The notes under the pieces were generated by a model that worked only from the letters and a program-made list of their open reading frames with translations, was not told the DNA's origin and ran no database searches. Of a stretch of DNA of 64,000 bases, positions 36,379-46,069 are shown in pieces; the first letter of the stretch is position 1; the number at the start of each line of letters is the position of its first letter. The stretch spans positions 4,092,001 through 4,156,000 of the forward strand of contig NC_058369.1 in NCBI RefSeq assembly GCF_018350175.1, read 5' to 3'. This stretch comes from Felis catus (Eukaryota). The translations under genes were made by a program, and so were the position numbers.

Positions 36379-37312
36379 CTATTTGGAAAAAAGAAAAGAG
36401 AAAAAAATCCACAAGGCACTTAGAAACAGGGCAGATACCTTTCCCTAGCAGACACAGCTTCAATCAAGTGTGAATAAATGCCTGTTTCAAACGACTTTCT
36501 CCAGTGGTTCCAGTCTAGACACCGTGTTGCATTCTAGGATGATTTCCATGAGAACAAACCCATTTTGCTGGCTTCTTTCTCCCCAGCAAAGCCTGGCAGG
36601 CAGCAGTGACACTTGGCCTATTCGAATTCCCCGGGGAGGGTGTGGCCACCCCACCCAAGTCTGAGCTGACCGAAGGGCCTCTGGAGAGGGCAACAACTGC
36701 CACAGTGAGAGGTCACACAGTCGACTACTGCTTTATACATCATGCCAGATTTGAGTAAGATCTAGTTCTCTCCAAAGAAGCTGTTATTTATCACTGGAAC
36801 CTGTCAACAAAACCATCTGTTTTCTCAAATCCTTTCCCTGGCTCCCCACTGTACTTAAGACAGCGGGCCAAATCTTTTCCCTGACCCCAGATGGGGGTAG
36901 TCAGGCCCACCAACGTCTGCAGTCTCACTCCTGCATCCTCCACCCCTACAACCAGCCATTCTCCTTTCGGGCCCAAAGTCCTCTTTCCCCTTTCTCTGGA
37001 TTAACTCCTGACCTATGTGTCAGGCCTCAATTTGGGTTGGGCTCCTCCGGGAAGCCTTTCAGGAGTTTTTATTGCCTTCTCCCTGATGAACTTCTTTTCT
37101 TTTCTAGTTACTTTCTTTTTGGTTATTAACATGCCCCCAGTAGGATACAAAAAGCAAGACTGTAACTTGTTTGGCTTAACCTCTTACTCCAGGCACTTTG
37201 GCTCAAAATCAGTGTTCAAATCAATTTTTTACAGACGCACATCCTTTTTCACTATGGAATATTAAACACTCGCCTGATGTTTCCAACCACGCACAAGCAG
37301 GTGGTAACTTAC

Positions 37313-37375
37313 CGGAGGTACTTTGAAGTCCAATGATGAAGCATCCAAAGTATTCTCGAAGCCCTCCCCATCCAC
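37313..37375 (-). CDS. SAFB2: SAFB2 exon 5
   Basis: VDGEGFENTLDASSLDFKVPP; 63 nt; CAG acceptor, CCG|GTAAGT donor. Confidence 0.94.
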
Positions 37376-37448
37376 CTGAAAGACAAAAATGGAAGACCGC
37401 TTAATGGAGACAAAGTTATGAAGGTCAAGGCCTATATACCTCACCAGT

Positions 37449-37617
37449 TGTTTTTTTAATGTTTATTTTTGAGACAGAGAGAGACAGAGCGTGAGCAGGG
37501 AAGGGGCAGAGAAAGAGGGAGACATAGAATCTGAAGCAGGCTCCAGGCTCTGAGCTGTCAGCACAGCTCGAACTCATCAACTGATGAGATCATGACCTGA
37601 GCCACCCAGGCACCCCA
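37449..37617 (-). mobile_element. Can-SINE, intron 4
   Basis: 14-bp TSD ATACCTCACCAGTT; internal deletions. Confidence 0.9.
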
Positions 37618-37669
37618 TACCTCACCAGTTTCTAAGTGACTTACATGTCTGTTTCCCTCTTAGCGCCCG

Positions 37670-37685
37670 CCGCCACCTGCTAGTG
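37670..37685 (-). promoter_or_regulatory. Candidate CTCF site in SAFB2 intron 4
   Basis: Minus strand CTAGCAGGTGGCGG fits CCRSYAGRKGGCRS with one mismatch; local GC patch in AT-rich context. Confidence 0.45.
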
Positions 37686-38555
37686 CCACCGGGTAGTTCA
37701 CCATTGGATTATTCAGTTTATCGTTGGCCTCCCTGCCTCCTCTGACAGGGTCTCACACAAGGTGGCTGCTGTCGGTGCTGGCCCACAAACATACAAAGTC
37801 ATTTCCCAGGCAGTTTCTATTTACTGGTGGTCCACATACGTGACCCAGACATTTTTCCAAAGCAGAACTCAAAAGGAAAATGAAAAACTTCACACCTCCC
37901 CTTTCCCTTGGTAACAATACCTTTAAAAACAACATCTACTGGGCACTTTCTCCTAGGGGCTTTATTTGAAACATTTAACCAAACTGGTATCTTCTGTATT
38001 CAATTTGAAAACTTTTTAACCTTCTTAAGTGAAATACAAAAATACGCTTTCCCGAATGTGCTTCCTTTTCCAGGTTTGAAGCTTATGACCTGGGTGATCT
38101 GATTAACCAAGAAGAAACCAAGTTCATGCTTGGAAATAATTAACACACAACAGGATCGCACTGAGAGAGGACAGCAAAACAGCTGCCCAATGGCACCCTA
38201 GGCGGAGATGCAGTGATATTTGGAGTTTGTGATTTTTGACCTTTACGGTTTAAGGTTTAAAGTTCAGTCTTACGAGGGCACTTTTTTTCCCAGTTTAAAG
38301 CCAGAACAGTTAAGGCGGGGGGGCGGGGGGGGGGGGGAAGGGAGGGGGACCCAACAAACACAAACAAAAAATACCAACCAAACTAAGAGGATGGAGTATG
38401 CCAAGGTGGTAAGGCTAAAATGGCAATCAGTTTTAGGAAGGCCACCACAGAGAGGTCTCTGCCAAATACTAAAAGTCAAAGCTTGAGAAAGCAACACTGC
38501 TAACAAGATTAAAGCCCTCCCTTATGCACAAGGATATGAAAAGTGGTTTTCTTTA

Positions 38556-38702
38556 GGGGCGCCTGGGTGGCTCAGTTGGTTAAGTGTCCAACTCTTGGTT
38601 TTGGCTCAGGTCACGATCTCATAGTTTGTGAGATCGAGCCCCACGTGTGGAGCCTGCTTGAGATTCTCTCTCTCTGCCCTGCCCGTTTGTGCTCTCTCTC
38701 TC

Positions 38703-38733
<31 letters not shown>

Positions 38734-38754
38734 CAAAACAAAACAAAACAAAAC
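38556..38754 (+). mobile_element. Can-SINE with (AAAAC)n tail
   Basis: Head at 38556; pentamer tail about 38704-38754. Confidence 0.92.
38704..38754 (+). repeat. (AAAAC)n microsatellite
   Basis: About 10 perfect units. Confidence 0.95.
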
Positions 38755-39131
38755 CACCAACAGGACAATCCAAATGATGAACTTATGACCTGTTTTGTTA
38801 TCATCCCACACATTTTTAAAACCTTTTTTCCAAAGGAAAATACTTTGACCAAGTACATCAGTCTTTTAAGACTTATGCGTAGAAAGTGCCTCCCGCCCAT
38901 TTATCAAAATATTCCTCAGAATTCTAGACAAGTTCTCTGGTAGTTAACATCAGACTTCTACGGAGTTTCAACGGATGTAACTTGCCACGAAGGTTTAGAC
39001 ACCGAGTTCAGTGTCTATGGTGGATGCGGTCTAATCAACCAGCAGGGTGTTCTTGCTCACGTGCGCAGCACGTGAGCACTGGGGAGCCTCGGGGCTACTG
39101 GCACATTCCACCGTGTCTTCAAGTTACCTAC

Positions 39132-39335
39132 AGCGTGCTCTGTGAGCTGCGCGGGGAGCTCTCGCAGCTGTGCCGCCACATATTCTTTGCTGTCACACAG
39201 GGAACCAAGAATGCTGTCCGTGCCGTCCTCCCCAAAGTCGGGAGCGGTGCTGTTTTCAACTTCGCTCTCTTCCAACACACCGACATCCATCACGTCCATA
39301 TTCCGCAAGCTCTCTAAACCTGTCTCCATATCCTC
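39132..39335 (-). CDS. SAFB2: SAFB2 exon 4
   Basis: EDMETGLESLRNMDV...ELPAQLTEHA; 204 nt; frame with exon 5 requires donor GCT|GTAGGT. Confidence 0.94.
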
Positions 39336-39418
39336 CTGGAAAGAGAAGGAAACGCGTCAACGACCGGGGGGCTGGTGGTGGCACTCCTGCTGGCATCTCT
39401 GCCTTCGATGCCACGTAC

Positions 39419-39483
39419 CTGCCCATCTCTGGAATCTTCTTCCAGGCCGTTGTCTTCTGTGCCTTCTTCCTCCATCTTTTGTC
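39419..39483 (-). CDS. SAFB2: SAFB2 exon 3
   Basis: (G)QKMEEEGTEDNGLEEDSRDGQ; 65 nt; TAG acceptor, CAG|GTACGT donor. Confidence 0.96.
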
Positions 39484-40279
39484 CTAATTACAAAATAACC
39501 TTTCAGTTAGATTAACATTTAGGTTCTCACCTCCTAATTAGTTTATGCACGCTAACAGATTTCAACCTGGGTGAGGATACATCATAAGCAAACAGAAGAA
39601 GTACCCATTCTCCCACTGTGTGGAATTTTGCTGCAACCGGGACGTGGAAATCGAGGATTTCTATACTATTGTCAAAGCATTTTGGTTTTGCACAAGATAT
39701 CTAACTTTAAAAGACCTCAAAACCACTCCAAACTAAAAAAACCACCCCAAAAGAAAAACGAGCAAAGGATGAACGGGCATTTTCCAACAAACAGACACTT
39801 ACAAATGCCAAGTCCACCTGGTGATCAAAGAGCTTCATCCCAAAATAACACGAGATTAAGCTGCTGCTTCTCCCACACACTCCACCCACGTCAGGCAGGC
39901 TGACCACCTCTCCTCATTCTCCGGCTCAGGAACTTTTCTTTGCAAGGTACAAAGGTAAAGGCTACCACAAAGTCAATGGTCGTCCTGGATCTTGTAAACG
40001 CAGAACTACTTAGGATTAATGCTAAATATTTCCAAGGGGGGGCTGGAGGAGGAGGATGGAAACTTCTAGGCTTAGAAGAGAAGTAAAACCTTTGGGCTCC
40101 ATCGTGGATCAAAAAGCCTTAAAATTGTACAAACCTTTCATTCTAGAAATTCCCTCTATAGGGGCATGTGCTAACACTAAAATGCCTGACAAAGAACAAA
40201 ACCAAAAGTACCCTATCTAGAAATATACATAGCCCAAGCATTCGAAAGGGAAACACATCATGACAGTCTGTTCACTCGT

Positions 40280-40490
40280 GGGACACCAGTGGCTGTCAAC
40301 AGGGGAAGTTGGGTGGAATTTGGCCATGACTGGAAACATTTTTGGTGTCCCAACTGGGAGATGTTCCTGGCATCTAGTGGGTAGTGAGCAGGGATGCTGT
40401 TCAACCTAAGATAGTGCACAGGACGGAAAGAACTCCTTACCCCAAATTGTCAACAGTCCCAAGTTTGCGAAACACTGTGGCACACCACAA
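40280..40490. mobile_element. MER20 DNA transposon
   Basis: GGAAACATTTTTGGTGTCCCAACTGGG...GGCATCTAGTGGGTAG...GGATGCTG. Confidence 0.8.
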
Positions 40491-40624
40491 AGGTCTTAAA
40501 AAAAAAAAAAAATCATGCTTCTAAAGAATATTTAAGAATACGTGAAAATGCCTATACAATAAAAAAAAAAAAAAAAAGAAGAATCAGGTACAGTACGTCT
40601 ACTTTTACTAAATAGCACATAGAG

Positions 40625-41757
40625 GTGCTTGGGTGCCTCAATCAGTTAAGTATCTGACTCTTGGTTTCTGCTTAGGTCATGATCTCACGGTTCCATGGGT
40701 TCAAGTCCCGCGTTGGGCTCCGTGCTGGCAGCATGGAGCCTGCCTGGGATTCTCTCTCTCTCTTCCCGCCGGCCCTCCCCCCCACCCCCCCATCGCTAGC
40801 AGGCCTCTCAAAATAAACTTAAAAAAATAGCACGTACATGTTTGTATACATCCAAATGCAAAGACGTATTTACAGTACATACGTAAAAGTAACAAAGGCA
40901 GTCATCAACAGGGTTCAAACACAGTGGTAGAGTTAGAGATAAAATTTTACTTTCACGTGTATACGTTTTACATGTTCTAAGCTATCTAATACAGCTTCTA
41001 AAGTATCTAAACCCTTCCATAATTTTTTGAAATGAGAAAATTAAACAGAAGAAACCTCAATCTTTGAGTACAGATCCAAACAGTATGTACCCCTGCACGC
41101 GCCCTCCGGGCCACCGTTAACTCTCACTCAAAACGTGTAGCTTTGGGGCGCCTGGGTGGCTTGGTCGGTTAAGCGTCCGACTTCAGCTCAGGTCATGATC
41201 TCACGGTCCGTGAGTTCAAGCCCTGCGTCGGGCTCTGTGCTGACAGCTCAGAGCCTGGAGCCTGTTTCAGATTCTGTGTCTCCCTCTCTCTCTGCCCCTC
41301 CCCCATTCATGCTCTGTCTCAAAAATAAATAAACGTTAAAAAAAAAAAAAAAAAGTGTAGCTTTATCACCTGTCAGGCACTGTGCTCTTTATATTATTAA
41401 CACTCCCACGACACTAGCAGGTTTATTAGCTGCATCTGACAGCTGAGAACTTGGTTCGGTTCTTAAAGACTCAGCTGCACTGGTTCCCGTTATATGGGAA
41501 TCCAGCACTCCCTTTCGCAACATTCGCTCTAAAAACGTTTGGCAGCCGGGGCACCTGGGTGGCTCAGTCGGTTAGGCGCCTGACTTCGGCTCAGATCATG
41601 ATCCCACAGTTCGTGAGTTCGAGCCCCGCGTTGGGCTCTGTGGCGACAGCTCGGAGTCTGGAGTCTGCTTCAGATTCTGTGTCTCCCTCTTTCTATCCTT
41701 CCCCTGCTCGTGCTGTTTCTCAAAAAAGGAATAAACGTCAAAAAAAAAAAAAATTTT
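40625..41757 (+). mobile_element. Three Can-SINEs (about 40625-40830, 41144-41353, 41548-41757), SAFB2 intron 2
   Basis: Heads, (CT)n and A-tails. Confidence 0.9.
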
Positions 41758-43059
41758 TTAATGTTTGGTGGCTGCACCCACTTTCAGGCCCTCTAACTAG
41801 TAGCCCGCTGTACCCACAAAGGACGGAAACAGGACAGATGCAGACCGAGAAAAGCCCTCCCTAAAGGCCAACAGAACGACAAAAGCTGGGCAGGGGCCAC
41901 GCCCCAATTCCAAGGGTCTGGTTTCAGCAACTAAAAGCTGAAGGGGTGGCGGACAAAGATGCTAGAAAACCTAATTCAGAATGGTAATCTTTCAAAATCA
42001 CATCCACAAGCTTCAAAAATTTGCCTGTCTAAAGTTTAGCTACTTTTCACTTTGACGTAACCTTTGAAGATCTAATTTCAGCCAAGACACAAGAGGGTCT
42101 GGCACTTCATAGCAACACCCACATGTGCAGACACCTGCAAAGAGCATGCCAGCTGAACAACTTGCAGGAGCTGCCCTCGGCCCCAGGACCCTTCTGGTGA
42201 CTTCTCAGAAAAACAAAGGGGAAGGGACCGGTGCCCCTCCAATTCCAGCTACAGTTGTACTAGTACAAACGTTTCTTTATACCAGCAGAAATAAAGACCA
42301 CCAAAGCTTTTTTTTTTGACAAAATGGTAAGTCCCAGCAGTTTTAACATCACCTAAACTGCAACCCACATGTTCAGACACGCACTGGAAGCACTCAGCCA
42401 CGATCCGGTTTGTCTAACAATGCAAAGATCCCTGTTAAGAGCCAAGAACATTTTTGACTTGTAAGCCTCGAACCTCGCAAGTTTTAAATGAGCACCTACA
42501 TTAAGAACTTTGAGACACAACTTCTAACAGATACAGGGCTCTCAATCTGCATTCTCTTGACTAATCAGTATAGATACCAGACCATTACAAGAGCAGTAAC
42601 AGCACGTTAATGTTTTAAAATTCGGCTTAAATGGAAATCCCTAAGGCAACCTAACTCAGAAGTTTAACCTTTCAAAACACACAAAGTTTTTAAACAGATG
42701 AGTCATGCAAAAGCCCTTCTAGAACAGCCCTTCTAAAAAGTAAACTGAAGTCACTGAAAACGCTACAAGTTACTTTCTCCTCTTGTAAGCGGTGTGCTCC
42801 GCTGCCTACATTTAACTCTTTCCAGATGAGCAGGGTATAGCCCACGGTGAGAATTCTTGCGGTGGCACCTTTCAAGAAAATAACCCACATCACACGCAAG
42901 TTCCAAAATCAGATTGTCCTTATCCATACAAAAACCGAGAACGAAAACCAATGACGGTAACAAGATTTCAAAGCTTTGTGGAACTAAATACTTCCAGAAA
43001 CAGCTGGTCCCGTCCACGAAAAGAAATGAACCACTGACAGATGTCACAAACCAGAAGAC

Positions 43060-43340
43060 TCTTGGAAACACCCTCGATGAAAGAAGCTAGGCACAAAAGG
43101 CCACGTATTGTGCGATCCTATTTACGTGGAACAGAACAATTACACACTTCCGGCAGGGGAGGGGGGCGGGGAATGGGGAGCAAATGCTAATAGGCACAAA
43201 GACTTCTACATAGGGTGATGGAAACGTTCTAGAATCACGTAGCAGTGACACAGCCTTATGAATATACTAAGAAGTAACGAATTGTGCACTGTAAACAAGT
43301 GAGTCTTATAGTATTTGAATCACGTGTCAAAAAAAAAAAA
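43060..43340 (+). mobile_element. L1MB-like 3' end, SAFB2 intron 2
   Basis: GAAAGAAGCTAGGCACAAAAGGCCACGTATTGTG...GAATTGTGCACT. Confidence 0.75.
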
Positions 43341-43605
43341 AAGGGAGAGAGAGAGAAAAAAAAATATCTGACTGCTGAGCACCTGGCAAGCTCGGTCCAC
43401 GGAGCATGTGACTCTTGACCTCAGGGGTTTTACGCTGGGTGCAGAGATTGCTTAAAAATAAAGTCTTAAAGCGAACAAGAAACAACTCACTAGCGGAAAA
43501 TAGGCTGGGTGTAAACGCTCCCAACAATCTATTTTGGACCCTTTGAGCAGCTGGGTTCTATTTAGTCTCCTGCTGGTGTCCTTTCCCTCGGTTTAAAGCC
43601 TAGTT

Positions 43606-43813
43606 GGGGCGCTTGGGTGGCGCAGTCGGTTAAGCGTCCGACTTCAGCCAGGTCACGATCTCGCGGTCCGTGAGTTCGAGCCCCGCGTCAGGCTCTGGGC
43701 TGATGGCTCAGAGCCTGGAGCCTGTTTCCGATTCTGTGTCTCCCTCTCTCTCTGCCCCTCCCCCGTTCATGCTCTGTCTCTCTCTGTCCCAAAAATAAAT
43801 AAAAAACGTTGAA
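43606..43813 (+). mobile_element. Very young cat-type Can-SINE
   Basis: CpGs intact, A and B boxes, 11-bp TSD AAAGCCTAGTT at a TTT/AAA endonuclease site. Confidence 0.96.
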
Positions 43814-44112
43814 AAAGCCTAGTTTATGAACCGAGGAGGAAGCCACAGCAGGTTTAAGAGCGGACCTTACCCTAATTCAGCGTAAATCCCAACGACAAGA
43901 GCCCAGGTGTCCCACTTAGTACCCGCAAAGTCTCTTTCGTCTTCCCAGAACTACTCGCAAGGTGATGAAAACAAAAACCGAGCGGAATCGTCAGGCGGGA
44001 ACCCCCAAAGCCCCCCTCCCCGCCCGCGGACAGAAACGGTGGGGCAAGACCAGTTCCGCTAGCAGGTTCTCTGAGCACCGGGCCTCAGGCGGCAACAAGC
44101 ACAAGCCGCTAC

Positions 44113-44200
44113 CTTTGACGCATCTCTTTGCCGGCTTCTTGCTGGTGGCTTCCAACGCGATGCCAAGTTCATCGGGATCCTGCCCTTCTTCCTTAACCGC
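44113..44200 (-). CDS. SAFB2: SAFB2 exon 2
   Basis: AVKEEGQDPDELGIALEATSKKPAKRCVK(G); 88 nt; CAG acceptor, AAG|GTAGCG donor. Confidence 0.96.
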
Positions 44201-45213
44201 CTGTGAAGCAGAGATAAAATTGAACAAAGTTGAGGAGCGCGGCAGGGCTCGCGTCGTTCTCCGTAACGCCTCCCCCGCCCACAAAGTCAGCGCCTTGCTC
44301 GCACAGAGCCACGCGGGTTCTGCTACGTGAGCCGCAAGCCCTTCGCGAGGCTTGCACGTCTGGGTCCTCGCTGGGTCCGAAGCACCGGGGGATGTGCGAG
44401 CGGGGGTCAGTGACGGTTCTAAACGGGCCCTAAAAATCGCCCCACCTTCCGCTTTAGGGTAACCAGCAGCGACCCTGCGCTAGACGCACCTTCTGTAAAA
44501 ACTCTCGACTGGTGGTCGACAAGGGGGGGACCGGACAGGACTGGGATCTCGATGGTACACTCAAGTCCTGCAAGGAGCCTGTTCTGGTTGGGGAGACGCC
44601 CCCCCCCCCCCCATACTCGGGGTTGGGATAAACGCGGGCGGGGGCGGTGCATAAACGCAGACGCGGGGAGACGGAGCAACACCTTACAAAGGATGTTGGG
44701 GAAACATCTCAAGCAAACCGAGAAAGACGCCAAGGCGCCCGCCAGCCAGAGGACGACCCTGGAAGAAGAGCCATCGAGCGCAAGACCTACGGGCGAAGAC
44801 CCTGCAGTAGGAACCAGCACAGCTCCCTCTCCTGCAACATCCCAAAGGCTCCTCAGTCATCCGTTCTCCAGGAGGGGAAACTGAGGCGCAAGGGAGAAGA
44901 AGGCGCCTATCCAAGGTCACAGAACCAAGTCTCCAACCGGGGCCCGGAGCAAGTCCAGGGGCCAGTCGCGGGCTATCAAGACGCGCCTTCGGCACTCGAG
45001 GGCACTGGTTGGCAGGAGGATCAAAGGCGAGACACAGAGAGGGGCGGTGACGGACCAAGGTCACACAGCCGGGCCCCCTGGTCCCCGCGAGCCCGGGCCG
45101 GGGTCCGACACAAGGGGGGAGTGGAGGAAGGAGGTCCGCGAACCGCGGTGACAGGCCCGCGCGGGGGCGTGCCCCGACCTCCTGCTCCACCCCGGGACGT
45201 CGAGCCGCCTCAC

Positions 45214-45399
45214 CTTCTTGAGCCGCTCCATCAGGACGCTCTTGTTGCCGCCCGTGTCCAGGTTCCGCTTCTTCAGCTCCGCCCGCAGGTCGATCACCCG
45301 CAGGTCGCTCAGCCGCCGCGTCCCAGCCTCCGAGGCACCCGACCCCACAGCGGCTGTGCCAGAACCCGACTCGCCGGAGCCTGCCAGAGTCTCCGCCAT
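45214..45399 (-). CDS. SAFB2: SAFB2 exon 1 (start codon, SAP domain)
   Basis: [10 protein letters not shown]...[36 protein letters not shown]; 186 nt; donor AAG|GTGAGG. Confidence 0.98.
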
Positions 45400-45458
45400 C
45401 CCAGGTTCCGCGTCCCCGCCACCTCCTCCCCACACCGCCGGCGGCTGTAGCGGCTCTG

Positions 45459-45478
45459 AGCACAAAATGGCGCCGCCT
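45459..45478 (-). promoter_or_regulatory. YY1-type motif, SAFB2 side (left arm of 20-bp inverted repeat)
   Basis: AGCACAAAATGGCGCCGCCT contains AAAATGGCG. Confidence 0.75.
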
Positions 45479-45521
45479 AAGAGGAAAACGCACTCGCTTT
45501 CTCCCGCCCCGCTTTCCGGCC

Positions 45522-45757
45522 GCGCATGCGTGCCACACATGCCAGCTTTATTAGCAGCACGCGCGCTCGCGCGTCGACCAACCGCACGTCCCCCACCGCA
45601 ACGCGCAGGCGCCGTAACTGCAGCACGCATGTGTCGCGGCCGTCCGCGGCGGGAGGCCGGCGAGCTGCAACGCGCCTGCGCCCAGCCCGGTGAGCGCTCA
45701 CCACGCATGTGCAGACGCGACCGGCAGCGTCGGCTCCGCGCCGGGTGCGCTTGCGCA
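45522..45757. promoter_or_regulatory. NRF1-like motifs in promoter core
   Basis: GCGCATGCGT (45522-45531), TGCGCTTGCGCA (45746-45757) and further CGCATG cores; NRF1 sites are typical of bidirectional promoters. Confidence 0.6.
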
Positions 45758-45797
45758 GAAGCCAGGCGCGCCAGGGCGGCTGGAGCGGTTCCCTCGC

Positions 45798-45817
45798 AGG
45801 CGGCGCCATTTTGTGCT
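45798..45817 (+). promoter_or_regulatory. YY1-type motif, SAFB side (right arm of 20-bp inverted repeat)
   Basis: AGGCGGCGCCATTTTGTGCT, exact reverse complement of 45459-45478. Confidence 0.75.
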
Positions 45818-45880
45818 AGGAGCCGAGATAAAACCGGCCCGGTTCTGTGTGAAGTGGGCGGCGGAGCCAGGGTCCCTGGA

Positions 45881-46069
45881 ATGGCGGAGACTCTCTCAGG
45901 CCTAGGCGATTCGGGTGCGGCGGGCGCGGCGGCTCTGAGCTCTGCCTCGTCCGAGACCGGGACGCGGCGCCTCAGCGACCTGCGGGTAATCGATCTGCGG
46001 GCGGAGCTGAGGAAACGGAATCTGGACTCGAGCGGCAATAAGAGCGTTTTGATGGAGCGGCTCAAAAAG
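45881..46069 (+). CDS. SAFB: SAFB exon 1 (start codon, SAP domain)
   Basis: [63 protein letters not shown]; 189 nt; donor AAG|GTGGAG. Confidence 0.98.

Larger units (their letters stand above)
45400..45880. promoter_or_regulatory. Bidirectional promoter and 5'UTRs between the SAFB2 and SAFB ATGs (481 bp)
   Basis: Divergent ATGs; GC box CCCGCCCC at about 45503; TATA-less. Confidence 0.92.
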
